Assembly (NCBI RefSeq): GCF_018977255.1
Contig: NW_024704742.1
Location: 59,398,001 to 59,462,000 of the forward strand
DNA: 64,000 bases
Reading direction: 5' to 3'
Source of the DNA: Callorhinchus milii
Taxonomy: Eukaryota
The notes beneath the pieces are model-generated. The model ran no database searches and was not told the origin of the DNA. It was given only the letters and a program-made list of their open reading frames with translations. Shown piece after piece: positions 12,207 to 25,330 of this stretch. Each line of letters begins with the position of its first letter. Position 1 is the first letter of the stretch. Made by a program: the position numbers and the translations under genes.

Positions 12207-13089
12207 GAAAGTTTAAGTCATTTTAAAATGTGTTTTCTTTTTTATTCAAAGTGTACCCCCATTACACACACGTTCACCTCTTGTGAAAGATTGCAAGATT
12301 GGTTGCTACTGATCAGCCTCTGAGTGGCAGTGAAATGCCAAAAAATCAACAAAAGTACTAATGTTCACAAAGTGAGAGCACGTCATCTGATGGTTCCTTT
12401 GTAAGCTGCAAAAGCAAAATACAATGTGTCACAATTTGTGCCTCATAGGAAAGATATCATGACAAGCATCTCTGATATTTCAGGATATATTCCATCAAAT
12501 TCCTCATGTGCGACTGGTAAGGTCCTCTATAGAAGTCTTGAAATGTTAATACTGGCAGACATTTCTCATCACCTTCATATCATGTTGTGTAGTTATAAGG
12601 ACTAGTTGGAGCCAAAATCTTAATGTTCTCAGTATTGTGTGCTTTCATATGCACTAAGATGACGAGGATTTATGGAAACACTGATAGTATGTATCACCTG
12701 TAGTATGGAGCACCAGGACAGTATTGTTTCTTCAATTTAATAAAGAGCACAAATGTGAAATTCTGAGATACATACAATCCATTTCACCCACAAAATACAG
12801 TCATTGCACTGTACAGTATTTCCTGTGACATGCTATGGGACGTTGTCCTTACGTGAAAGGCGTTGTACTCATTAGAAGGATTATTGTTATTATTTCCATT
12901 ATTTTAAGAAATCTTTTTCAGTTAAGAGGGTCAGCAAGAATATCACATGAAAACGTAAAATGTCTCTGCTGCATGTTTCACATGGTATTAAGAATTCTTC
13001 TAAAGAAGCTTTACACTGGCTGCTGCTGTACCTTTTACAGAAAGACTCTCTTGTGCTGTGTGTTGAATCTTTAGCTTTCACATTTATGC

Positions 13090-13860
13090 TTCATTTTCTC
13101 TCAGTCCCCAAGCTGAATGTTTATATTTGCTTAGTCTCTTTCCAGTTTTGTACTGACTGTTTGTTCTCTCTCTCGCTTTCACACTAGCTCGGTACTGATT
13201 GTTCTTTCCCTTTCTCTCTCCAGCTTTGTGCTGAATGTGGAGTCCTGTAGCTCAGTTGTTGGAGCACTCGCCTCGCTAGCAAGAAGACCTGAATTTGATT
13301 CCCGGGCAGGGCGAGACAAGTTTCCTTACTCCACATGCCTCTGGTTGTTAGTCAATTGGCGGATTGGTTTTCTGGGGGTATTAAACCCTTCAAAAATAAT
13401 AATAGTGATAATTTGGTCACTCAATCCATGACTGTTTCTGGGACACTGCTGTGCGCAATTGGCTGCCGCCTTTCATCCACAAAATATATTTTAAATTCAC
13501 TTTAAAGTATATTCTGTGAAGCACTTTGAGACATCTTAAAAACATGATAAGGCGTACCTTTATTATTATTATTAGAAAGTTTGTAATTGTATTTCTTTCT
13601 CTCCTGCTTCCCCAGTTCTGTGCTGAATTCTTATTCTGTGTTTCTCTTTCAGATGTGCAATGAATGGTTGCTTTCTCTCTCAGTACTTTTATACTAAATG
13701 TTTGTTTTGGATTTTCTGTTTCAGCAGCTCTGTGCTGACTGTTTTGTGTTTTTTTTCCTCTCTCTCTCTCTCTCTCTCCAGTCTTGAGTTGAACCTTTTA
13801 TACATTGAATATAAATAAAAATATTTATATATTATTTTCTTCCCGGTTTTTCAACAGATT
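13090..13860 (+). repeat. Degenerate ~40-nt minisatellite (pyrimidine tract-YAG-YTYTGTGCTGAHTGT), split by a SINE
   Basis: About 10 units, with YAG at 13102, 13143, 13185, 13221, 13613, 13650, 13681, 13725, 13779, 13855. Confidence 0.75.
13239..13574 (+). mobile_element. tRNA-Ala-derived SINE, long subfamily
   Basis: Same head, body and tail as 874-1245. Confidence 0.9.
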
Positions 13861-14294
13861 TATTGGGAACAAAACCGTTTCTGACAGTCAATCTATATTC
13901 TGCATGGTCTTAAAGTATATAGAGATATAGAGGTTCAAGTAGACAATCCAGGACAGCAACAGGACACGCAATAGAAAAATGCCAAAGAGGAATTCTATAA
14001 AATGACACATAAGGGGGTCTAATTTGCAAAACCTGCAAATTGTTTCCCAGGTAGAGACTCAGGCAGGTAGCTGGAAGTAATGAAAGCCAACCAGCTTGAA
14101 CTGTTCTCTGATACTGTTCTCTGAGTTGGCACCAGGCCAGCAAAACTTCCTGAATATCAATCATTAAATGTTAATGCTGGAGTACTCTCCCACTTCGGGC
14201 ACTGAGAGCCAGTATCAGGGTCAAGCATTCCTTGGTCACATACAGCAGAGATATAATACTCAGCGCAGTTCACTCTATTCTGCCACAACAGGAA

Positions 14295-14510
14295 TTTCAC
14301 AAACCATTTCTTCAAGCAGAGAATTGTGAAGATGTAAAATGCTCTGCTGCAGAGAGCTATCGAGGCAGAATCAAAAGGGACGTTTAAAACAGAGATGGAT
14401 ACTTGGGAAATAGAAGAATAAAGGCGTATAGCGGGGCATTGGAATTAAAAGATCCGCCAATTTTTTAAAAATGATGATAGGCAATAGACTAAATGATCTC
14501 TTTCTGTTTC
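14295..14510 (+). mobile_element. Old CR1 3' fragment
   Basis: CATTTCTTCAAGCAGAGAATTGTGAAGATG..AATGCTCTGC (FFxQRIV..NAL motif). Confidence 0.65.
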
Positions 14511-15789
14511 TGAGGTAACGCTCTGAGATGCTGCTCCACATGAAAGATATTATATAAATGCAAGTTGTTGTTGTTGATATCCAATGTTCCTAACACTACA
14601 CAATGTAACTTTTAAGGAGATATCAGAAAACACTGTTGCAAGAGCTGCAGGGGAAGCTTTACAATTGCCTTATGGCTTACCTGGTAAATTTAATGCCCAG
14701 AATGGAACATACTATAGTTAATAAGATCAAGAATGATCCTAGGTTCAGTCCTACTCTAAGATAAGGTAGGAGGTCTTTACTAGATCCAGTAATCCCATCA
14801 TGAAATAGCACAAGTTAGAGCCCATTATAAAGTCAGAGTTAAAGTAAATCAGTAACCAAGTCGCTGCCCAATTGAGATCACCCTAATGAGAAATGTACAG
14901 CACAGCAGAAGATCACTCGATCCACGTAGTCTCCACCATTAGTATCCATATGTAGGACAAGTTTATTCCCTTATTACGTTTAGCTACGCAGAGGCGGACT
15001 GATCAACCATCAAAAATGCTATCGTCTCCTCAGATCTAGTTCAACCCCAAGCAACCCTCACATTCCCAGGCCATTTACTTCTGATTTCCGTATGTTACAC
15101 TGCTTTTTGTGCAATGCAGAGGCAGGTACTCATACTGGGCTACAGCGGAGCTATATCAATCTTAAAAGAGGGGGAAAATGGTTGTTTCAACAAATAAAAC
15201 AATTTCAGGCACAAAGCAAAACATTCTTCAATCAACTATGATGAACTGAATCATACCTTATGTTTTGAATTAGTTAGATGTTTTCATGGAAGTGTCAGTC
15301 TGTGAATGTGCTTAATGATTCCAAGTGTCTTAGCTGCACCATTACTTTACATTAGTAATGGTTGACGTATTCTAGGTACAGATAAAGAAAGTTCAAAACT
15401 TACTTTCCAGATACCTTCCACGAACTATGGTATTTTTATTTCATGAGGACAACTTCAGATCACTCTACGCCACAATCTCAATAAAGGTCAGCAAACATTC
15501 TCACTCTTAGTATTCTCCTTCATCAATAATTCACCCAAATATTTCTTCAGAACCACAATATATTCGGAATTAATTCCTTTGCAGATATCAACCTGACTGC
15601 AAATGAACAAATGATTTGTTCTATGAGAAATATTTTGTTAGGATCAAGGTTTTAATATAAGGGCACTGAATAAAAATGGTGCACTGAAATATTTTAGTTG
15701 GAAAGTGATTTGTTTTAGATATTACAGCATATAATACAGTACAATACACATTTATGTAGCACAAGTCAATTATCAGCCAACTGTGTAAA

Positions 15790-16130
15790 ATAATAATAAT
15801 CCTTTATTTGATATAACACCTTATCATGTCTTTGAGTCGTCTCAAAGTACTTCACAGAATATACTGTGAAGTAAATTGACTCCATATTTTGTGGGCGGAA
15901 TGCAGCAGCAGATTACGCACAGCAGTGTCCCACAAACAGTCGTGGATTGAAGTGAGAAGGAATTATTACCCCCGGAAAAGTAATCTGCCAATTGACTAAC
16001 AACCGTATTCCTACACGGTAAACAGGCGTGTGGAGTAAGGAAACTTGCCCAACATTTCGCCCTGCCAGGAATAAAATCCAGGTCTCTCGCTTGTGAGGCG
16101 AGTGCTCCAACCACTGAGCTGCAGGACTCC
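15790..16130 (-). mobile_element. tRNA-Ala-derived SINE, long subfamily
   Basis: Reverse complement of the SINE consensus; CCACTGAGCTGCAGGACTCC head at the right end, (AAT)n at the left. Confidence 0.92.
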
Positions 16131-18058
16131 GGTATAGACATTATTGACAGGGACCAAGAGTTCAGAAGACAAACATTTTGCTTAAAGGCTCCACAATATA
16201 AAGGGGGAAGTAATAGTTATAAAATCTTTTTCCCTTTTATGAGAATATTTGTCTTGATCAAAATAGATGTTCGGCTCCTCTCCCTTCACCAGACTCTGAT
16301 GATGTCTTTTGCTGGGAGTATAAGAAGCATTCTGCAAGGCGAGTGGCTTTCAATTGCCCAGCAGCAACCTGACTCCAGGAATGCTGAGCCCTTATTGGGT
16401 GGTGTTTATTCACTGGCGGATTTCTGCTACTTTATACCAGTGAAGATTTCTCATGATAGGGAAAGAGCTATTTTTATAACAGTAATATTTTTATTTTTTG
16501 CTAGCAGTTGAAACAAAAAGTACTCCCTCCAGATTTTAGTTCCCCTTTAAACTTTGCAAACTTTGCCTACAACCAAATGTACCCTTTGAACATCACAGTA
16601 AAAACGGGACGAAAGGGACGTTCTCTGATTGGTGGGCAGTGCAAATTGTGTCCTCTGGGGATTAGGGGCCTAAGCTTTCACTTTTGATATAAATCAGTTA
16701 AGGAAGTGAGGGGAATGTATCCAAGTTTGCATCTGACACTAAGCTGAAAAGTATTGTGAATTGTGAAGAGGCAGGAAATTGCAAAAGGACATGGTCCGAT
16801 TAAGTGAAATGATGTAATACAACATTGCAAAGAGCGAAGTAGTACTCTTTGGGTGCGCAAATGCAGGTGGGAATACTTTTAAATGTAGAAAAGCATGGGA
16901 GGTGTGGAAAAGAGGGAAATGCAAAACAAAGAGATTAATGGGTGCACGTACATAAATCATTAAAATTTACTTTGCAAATACAGAAAGCGATCCAATAAAT
17001 AGTGAAATGGAATTGATCACAGCAGCCTAAAGATTAGAAGGAAATGTGCTCCCTTTTCCACCAGTGGACACATGGAACTGATGTCCAGCAAAATCAGTAG
17101 ATCCTGTTTCAACTTCTTCAAAAAGAACTGGACAAAAATTTGTGTGCATATGATATATATACATATATATGCACACACGCACACATCCCATTAAGAATAC
17201 CATAGTAATACTGAGCTGGGAAGAATAGCAATGTGATAAATCTGTTTTTGTGACAAATCACTTGAGAATTTGAACTTAAATCACCTTTAATTGTCTTATA
17301 TGCTCCACCTTTTTCAGTTAAACTTTCCTGTAAACAAAAAAAAACTTAGAAATACAGTAACAGCAGTATGCCTTCCAACCCATCAGGTCCACTTTGACAC
17401 TTTATTACTTCGTGGCAGGTTTCTATCTTTGTACTCCTATTTCTCCGTCTTTCTTCCAAATCCCTTAATATCCTTACTTCGCATGTCCCTACCTATCACC
17501 CTCTTAAGTAACTCAACTGATCTGCCTCTAGCCCTGTGTGTTGCACACTCTCACAAGCCATGGTTGAAAAATATTTTCTGGATTCATATTTAAGCTTCTT
17601 ATCTTAAATGTTACGATTCAACCCCCTTTTTCTGGTGAAGAGATTCATTCTCTATCTACGTTGTTTATTATTTTTAAAGATTTCCATCGGATCACCACTT
17701 AACCAATTCAACTCTAGGAATTATAACTTGAGCTAAATCTCTTTTGCTATACTCTTTAATACCTCTGCTATCTTTCAGTTATACCGCAGTTAAAATACAA
17801 TATCCAGTATCAGTCACCCAACTTTAGGAAAGATGTCAAGGCAATAGAGGTGGTGCAGAGGAGATTTCCTAGGATAAAACAAGGGGATGGGTTCCCAGGT
17901 TGAACGCAGAATCATAGACTTTTCGCCAACAAAATTAACTTTGAGACGTCTCAACAATGTGTTAAGTCACTATATTAAATATAAGGATCATTATCATAGA
18001 CTGGAACACCTGGCTTTGGAACTGGTTAGCTGTCTTCCCAGAATAAAAAAAATGACCA

Positions 18059-18151
18059 ACTAACTTTCTAGGAGTAAGATTGCCATTAACGTCACTTCCT
18101 GCAATACACAGGAAGTGGCATCAATGGCAATCTGCCTACCATAAAGTTAGT
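18059..18151. other. ~93-nt imperfect palindrome (hairpin)
   Basis: ACTAACTTT..AGATTGCCATT..CACTTCCTG-caataca-CAGGAAGTG..AATGGCAATCT..AAAGTTAGT. Confidence 0.85.
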
Positions 18152-18203
18152 AAGATATTGGACTTAGACAACTGCCTTATAAAATGTTGGGTTGACTTTT
18201 TAT

Positions 18204-18634
18204 ACTCCGCCACTGCCTCACCTATCAAGCCGCTGAAACCCTCATACACGCGTTTGTCACCTCAAGGCTCGACTACAGAAGCTCCCTCCTTGTCGACCTC
18301 CCCAACGCTTCCCTCCACAAGCTGCAGATCATGCAGAACTCTGCAGCTTATGTCCTCTTCTGCACCAGGCTCCGTGACCCTATCAACCCATCCTCGCCCG
18401 ACTCCACTGGCTTCCCACCATACAGAAAATACAGTTCAAGATCCTGGTCTTCACCTTCAAAGCCCTCCATGGCCTTGCTCTCCCTACCTCTGCGACCTCC
18501 TAAACCCCACCATCCTGCCCTCCACCCTTCCCAATCCCGACCCCCAGCTCGGGTCCGAAACATTGACTGTCCAGCACCTTGGGACGTCCTCCCGACATGA
18601 AAGGTGCTATACAAATGCAATTTTGTTGTTGTTG
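18204..18634 (+). mobile_element. L2 LINE family A, 5'-truncated
   Basis: [34 protein letters not shown]; tail GGGACGTCCTCCCGACATGAAAGGTGCTATACAAATG..(TTG)n. Confidence 0.92.
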
Positions 18635-19172
18635 AAAATAGTGTCCTTTTTAGTCTCTGAAGATGAAGTGCACATCTCCATGACAACCAATATGCTTATA
18701 CTTCTGTTCTGTGAAATGTCATTGGAAAATAGTTTTGTGAGCATGCTGCTGTGCCTTATAGCGGGAGAACACATTCATGTCCATAGACATCAGTTCCAAG
18801 TCATGGCAGGCAGGCTGATGCCTGTCTGTAAACTCCTGATTCTGCAGTATATCAGGGCAAATAAGCCATAACAAGTACTGTAACCATGAGAGGCAGCAGA
18901 GTGTAAAATAAAATGTCACCTTGAAGGTCCCACACCATGGAGCTTTATGTGTGCCTGAGGCTTCCAACTATTATATATTATCACTTCCAAGCTGCAGTGA
19001 TTAACTATGAACTAGACAAGTAAACTAAAAGGACACAAAGACTGTTAGAAATATGGTGTCAAAACAGAGATCTGCTTACCTCTCAAGGTGATCGTGAAAG
19101 AAATACTGCATCAGACCAATAGAACTACAGCAAATCCATTATTGAGCGCTACAGCACTGGTCCATTTCACAT

Positions 19173-20570
19173 CAACAACAACAAAATTACATTTATAGAG
19201 CGCCTTTCATGTCGGGAGGATGTCCCAAGGCGCTGGACAGTCAAGGGTCAGGACCCAGCTTGGGGGAGGGGTGGGGTAGGGATGAGTGAAGGCAGAGAGG
19301 TGGGAGGGCGCCCGAAGGCATGATCGAAGAGGAGGGTCTTCAGACCAGCCTTGAAGGAGGCAAGGGAGGAAGCGAGGTGAAGGAATGTGGGATGGAGTTC
19401 CAGGGTGTGGGGGCAGAGAGGTTGAAAGCTTGGCCACCGGATCAAGCGGGAGATATGGAGCAGCAGGAGCCTGCTGAACGGAGGAAGCGGACAGGTTGGT
19501 AGGGAGTCAGCAGGTCAGAGAGGTAGGAGGGAGCGAGGCCATGGATGGCCTTGAAAGTGAGAATGAGGATCTTGAATTCGATCCTCTGAGGGATGGGGAG
19601 CCAGTAGAGTCGGGCGAGGGTGGGAGTGATGGGGTCACAGAGCCTGGTGCGTGAGAGTACATGAGCTGCAGAGTTTTGGATGATCTGCAGCTTGTGATTG
19701 GAAGAGTTGGGAAGGCCGAAGAGGAGGGAATTTCCATAATCGAGCCTTGATGTGATGAATGTGTGGGTGAGGGTTTCAGCAGCCTGAGGGGTGAGGCAAT
19801 GGCGGAGTCTGTCAATGTTGCGGCGGAGGTGGTAGGCAGTGCCGGTCATGGCGCGGATGTGGGGGAGAAAGGACAGTTCAGGGTCAAACAAGATACCCAG
19901 CTTCCTGACTGGCTTAGCAAGGTTGACTGTGCAGCCGTGGAGGCTGATGCTGCCAGCGCTTGAGGTGCGGAGGCACAGGCGCAAGCCAATCAGGAGGGCC
20001 TCGGTCTTGCTGACGTTCAGCTGGAGAAATTTGTCCCTCGTCCAGGACTTGATGTCGGACAGGCAGTCGGTCAGGACTCTAATAGTCCTGGAGTTGAGGA
20101 TGGAGGCATAGACATAGAGTTGAGTGTCATTCGCATACATGTGGAAATTTACCTCATGTCTGCGGATGATATCACCAAGGGGAAGCATGTAGAGGGTGAA
20201 GAGTAGGGGACCGAGGACAGGTCCTGAGGAATGGTGCACGAGACGTTGCGGGGGCTGGAGGAGAAGCCTTTTGCCGTGACGAAATGGAGGCGGTGCGAAA
20301 GATAGGACGTGCACCAATCAAAGATAGAACCTTGGAGGTTGAGGTGGAGGAGAGTTGGTGGAGGAGGATTGAATGATCCACAGTGTCAAAAACAGCAGAG
20401 AGGTCGAGGAGGACGAGGAGGCAGAGAGAGCCCTGGTAACACATGGTCAGGATGTCATTTGTGACCTTGACCAGAGCAGTTTCCGTGCTGTGGGCTTGGA
20501 GGGGCTCATGGAGGGAGTGGGAGGAGAGGAAACAGCGAAGCTGGGAGGCAACGTCTTTCTCAAGGACCTT
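19173..20570 (-). mobile_element. L2 LINE family A, ~1.4 kb 3' part with frameshifted RT
   Basis: [55 protein letters not shown] (YADD mutated); [11 protein letters not shown]; family A tail. Confidence 0.95.
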
Positions 20571-21854
20571 TAAACAAGCATATTCCGTGGACCATACTTC
20601 TGGCAAATACTGGACAGCTTCCTATGTTAAAGAACAGCTTGATTTCTGGGTCTGCACGATACTGTCTCCATCACTTGCTATGTTGTCTGTGTTTAATTTC
20701 TCAATTGCAGTAGTAAAATGGAGCACAAGACAACGTCTGGCTTCCAAGTAGTCAGTTCACTATGCATGTTGTTCGTGCGCAGACATGGCAGTGGAAGGAA
20801 GCACTGCTACCTTGTACAGGAAGCACTGCTGACTCACTTCACATGCATAAGTGCAAGAAACAAAATTAGTAATGACCAAACTATGTGCATATCCCTAAAT
20901 GTCCCTAGATTTGATACCCCAGATAAATTTAATAACTTACTCCCTGGTTATTTGAGGGACTTTGCTGTGTGGAAATGGGCTGCCGTGTTCACCCACAAAA
21001 TACCCATTTTCTACACTGTACGGTAAATCCTGTGAAGTAAGAAATCTTGGTGACATGATAAGACGCTGTATAAAATGTAAGGATTATTATTCTATTCAGC
21101 TCTTTGTGCTTTTTGTGGAAAGTTGTAGCTGAATAAAAGAACTTCCAGGTATTAACCAGCAGGGGACACCAGAGGGAATGATTTTGGAGTACGTGTTCGC
21201 CTCCGTCAACTGAAATGCAGAGTTAGAATTTGAAATTTCTTCTGTTGATTTATTGAGTACACATAAATCCATATCTTTTTACCTCTTCTCTATGAAACAT
21301 GCTCAGTGGTTGCCTAAGGGAATTCCTATATAAATCTGACACGCCTCTAGCTATGTGGAATCCACAAGATGAACATGCCATTTTAATTAAGGATGAACAA
21401 GCCATTTTAATTGAGCTGTTTTATTGTGCGAAACCAGATTCAAGACCTTACGTTTAGGTTGCAGTTGTGGTGTAAGGTCATTAACAATCACATCCAATGT
21501 CATATTTCCTCTCCAGAATAAATAATTTAGTTACTCACTGTGTGAATACATTCTACAAAGACATAAATACATGTTTTTGCAAGTGATACTCATTTTAATT
21601 ATGAAGAAGATATTTGATAAATTTCCACAACTGAGATTTTTTAAAAAGGTTAAAGCTTTTGGAAGCAATTGGAATATTAGGAAACTTAACTGAAAATGTA
21701 CTTATCGATAAAACTAGGAAACAGAAGGTGATGGTAAATTGTTTGCTTACAGATACACAGTTACTGCACTTGATAGGAAAATCTCTGTGAAGGGCTTTGA
21801 GATGTTTCATGATAAGATGCAATATTTAACGCCAATGGCAAATCTTCACTGTGG

Positions 21855-22050
21855 CAGCAGTGACTTCTACATGGGTTCCACAAGTGTCTGTTCTGGGCCA
21901 TTTGCTATCTACACTGTTCATGACTAATTAATTGTAACATTGCTAATTATACCATACTATAGCCAGATACCTGGCATGAGAAACATAAACAGCGTTCAAA
22001 AAGATATGGACCAATTACACAGATGGCTTTAGGAGTGGCAAATGAATAAT
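21855..22050 (+). mobile_element. Highly decayed CR1 RT fragment
   Basis: GGGTTCCACAAGTGTCTGTTCTGGGCCA resembles the (G)VPQGSVLGP coding motif. Confidence 0.5.
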
Positions 22051-23858
22051 AGAACATAAAAATTTGCTATGCAAAAAGGTCCATCCAGTTCACCTTCCAA
22101 TCTTGGCAGGGATGTACATGTCATGTCCTATATAAGTTATATCAAGATATTGTTTCCTAACCAAAATCTATCTAATTTGTTGTTAAAATGGATTTTAATG
22201 CAGATAAATATAAAACAGTGTATATTAGAACATGAAACTTGTGCACAAAATGCAGGGGAGTTGCTTTTAGAGATGAGTGAATACGTGTGAAGGCGTAAAG
22301 GAGATTGAGTACATGAATGTAGCCTATGATCCACCGGAGGTGGAATGTTGTCCATAGAACTGGATCCCAGTAACAACTTACTTCAACTGTAGGAAAGAAA
22401 CACAAATAAAGCAGGAAGTCTATTCTGTATTCCAGTCACAGCTTCAACATCATATAAAAGCAAAACAATGAAGCAATAGGTGCTCCAGGAGGTTGAGACA
22501 AGATAGTTAAGAGATGTGTACAGGCCAATGGATTTAGTTCAAGTTTCATCAACAATAAGGATATCGATTTAACCTGAATCCCGATCAATAACCAATCAAA
22601 CTCAACTCCATCAAACTGCAGCTGAATGATTTTACATTCAAACATTTATATCACTTACATTTTGAAGTGAAGACCCACTTGGTGCATAAGAAGACTTGAT
22701 CAATACATGGTTTTCGTACTTGAAAGGAAGTAGGGGACTTGACAGTACAAATAATGGACTGTTTTTATGAATCTTTAAATTAACCCAATGCAAATGTTCA
22801 TCGAAACATGGCGGGGTGCATACTTTTCCTTGCTAAAGGAGGCAATGTCATTATGCAGAATACTGGTTTGTAAATACAAGAAGTATGATAGCAAAGATTA
22901 CAATGTTTTATAAAGTGTATTTTTTTCATTAAAATTAAAATCGAAAAAGCCACATTCCTCAGTTGTGAATGCAGCTCCCACTGCACTGTGGACCAACAGA
23001 ATGGGATGAAAATTGTGACCAGCAATGGGTTAACATCAATGCTAATTGACTTATTCAAAAAGGGGCTTATTATACTGCCTTAATTTACCAACAACAACTT
23101 GCATTTATATAGCGCCCTTCATGCGGGTTAGCTTCCCGGAGCACTTTGTACACAAGTGAGTCACAATAGTTGGGAGAAAAATATCTCATGAATTTGCTGG
23201 ACACCAGATTTATTCTGAATTTGCATTGAATTCTAACAGTGTCTCACTTACTGGCAGGCCCATGTTATGATTCATAATTTTACAGTCCAATGGACAGATG
23301 GTTGGATCACTTCTTTAAGGTCAGCTAGGTTCTGACACATGCAGAAACCCATCAGCATGTTTAAGGGTATTCATTCCAAACCACTGAGAGTTCCACCTAC
23401 ACTTGCCATCTCTACACGGAAATTTCCCTTTGTCTGGAATGAAGGGTTTACTGTACTGTTCCCTCATATAGATGCATATTGCTCATCTAATACCAGAAAG
23501 TATTAAACACAGGTTGGGAAGAGCCAACCCTTAGAGACCCCAGAGTGTGTGTTCGCATAACCATTGTAGCCTAACCGGCTGAAACCATTCCCAACACTGT
23601 TTGACAAGCTTCCTGCTGCTTGTCCATCGAGGACCACCTCAACTGTTAAGACTTTGGCTTGTACAATTGGATCATGGACAGCTGATTTGTTGGTTAAAGT
23701 CTTTCTCAAATCCTGAATTAGCCTCTGCCAACTTGAATACCAGTTACAACCCCATCTATGTCAATAAATCTGTGTTTGTCCTTTTTGGCCTATGATAAAA
23801 TGACCTAAATTTAACAACTGAATCTGAGGAGTGGTTCAGAATAACAGCATACATTATG

Positions 23859-23962
23859 CAGGGTGAACAAAAAGTCAGGATACCATTATAGTGTTCAAAA
23901 AGTCTTAAAGAAATTCAGATATTTTTCTTTTAAATTGTTATCACAATTTTTTGGTCACCCAG
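23859..23962. mobile_element. Short decayed Tc1/mariner-type MITE
   Basis: CAGGGTGAACAAAAAG.. / ..TTTTTTGGTCACCCAG termini; TA follows the right end; ~35-bp imperfect inverted arms. Confidence 0.6.
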
Positions 23963-24775
23963 TATATACTTCACACATTGTTACCAAATAGTTCCTTCTC
24001 ACTGGCTCACTGCAAGTGACTTCATTACATAGGTTATATTAATATGACTCCTGCAGCAACTGGAATGTCAGTGATGATTATAAAAGTAAACTGCTTTGAA
24101 AGAAGCATCTAAGGTGCCTGGCTGGCAGCTCACAGACTAATAGAGCAAGTCTGATTCAAAAGGGTTCTTAAGTGTTTTGCTGCTGATCAAGTTGTAATTG
24201 CTTTCTTATCAGATGCAGCAAAGTGATACTCTGTGTAAATATTCACCCTAGGACTGCAAGCACGTCCAGCTAAGTTATGGTCTCCATGTTCCAACTAGTT
24301 TTTTTTATATATTTCAGTACATAACTTGAGACACTAAAACAACATAAGTAGCACAGCAATGAAAATTCCTAAATGTCACAAGTTGCTTTCTTTCTGGAAT
24401 ATTTATCTTAAACTACTTCAATAAAACAATTAATTTATTTTGTACCTATTTTGCTTCCCAAATCTTCCTTGTATCTGACTATATCCCCCATCTTATTTCT
24501 CGATATTTAGACTTTAACAAATGCACAGTCACTACACTTTATAATAAATCCTATGAAGCGCTTTGAGAGGTTTCAACAAATCACTCAAATGCAAAGATTA
24601 TTATTACAACAACTTATTATTATAAAATGTTAAATGCAGTATAAATTATCTTTCCTGTGAGGTGAAAATTGCAATCTGTGATGTGTTATGTAAATCTCTG
24701 TTGTGCTAATTATCACTTTACTGAAAACTGGCTTGTGGATTGCCAGTGAGCAAAAAACGGTTACTCTGATACGGA

Positions 24776-25090
24776 ATCATAGCAATTTACAGCACAGAAG
24801 GAATCAGCCCATAGAGTCCATTTTCAGAGCAAGCTATTCTTTCAATCCCACTGCCCTGGCCTCTTGAAACCTTTACATTTCACAAACTTGTCTTCTTCCT
24901 TCTTGGAACCCATAATGGACTCTGCCTCTACCACCTTACTTGGCAGACCATTCCAAGTTTCAACAACTCTCTGTGTGAAAGAAAATCCCCTAAGCTCTCC
25001 CTATGATTATTTTATATATATGTCCTTCAGTCACTGACTCCCTTAGCAGTGAAAATAATTTCTTCTTGTTTAGCATGTCAAAAGCCCTCA
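24776..25090 (-). mobile_element. CR1 3' fragment
   Basis: AATCATAG..TACAGCACAGAAGG tail; CCATTCCAAG..AACTCTCTGTGTGAAA (FTQRV..WN). Confidence 0.7.
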
Positions 25091-25094
25091 TTTT

Positions 25095-25330
25095 AAAAGT
25101 CCCATTGCAGCACTCTTTGTAAAGAGAAGGGAAATTCTCCCGGTGTCCTGGCCAGCAATTTCCAAATCAAATTGGTCACTCAGTCCATGGCTATTTGTGG
25201 AACATTGCAGTATGCAAATTGGCTACCACGTTCGCCCACAAAATATATAGTCACTTCACTTCACAGTATATCCTGTGAAGCACTTTGAGCTGTCTCAACA
25301 AGGTGATAAGGGGGCTATATCAAATCCAAA
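25095..25330 (+). mobile_element. Deu-domain SINE 3' half
   Basis: AATTCTCCCGGTGTCCTGGCCA; TGTGGAACATTGCAGTATGCAAATTGGCT; shared tail. Confidence 0.75.

Noticed and set aside
14660..14770. LF-SINE-like ancient repeat traces (also ~3900-4200 and ~31230-31450)
   Set aside because: Similarity is too faint to call by eye; needs an nhmmer search.
19442..20317. 291-aa ORF and the other long ORFs (18080, 33605, 48003, 50632, 59098) as host genes or active LINEs
   Set aside because: All are 5'-truncated L2 ORF2 fragments with frameshifts or stops, or read-through into flank; no ORF1 or endonuclease domain is present.
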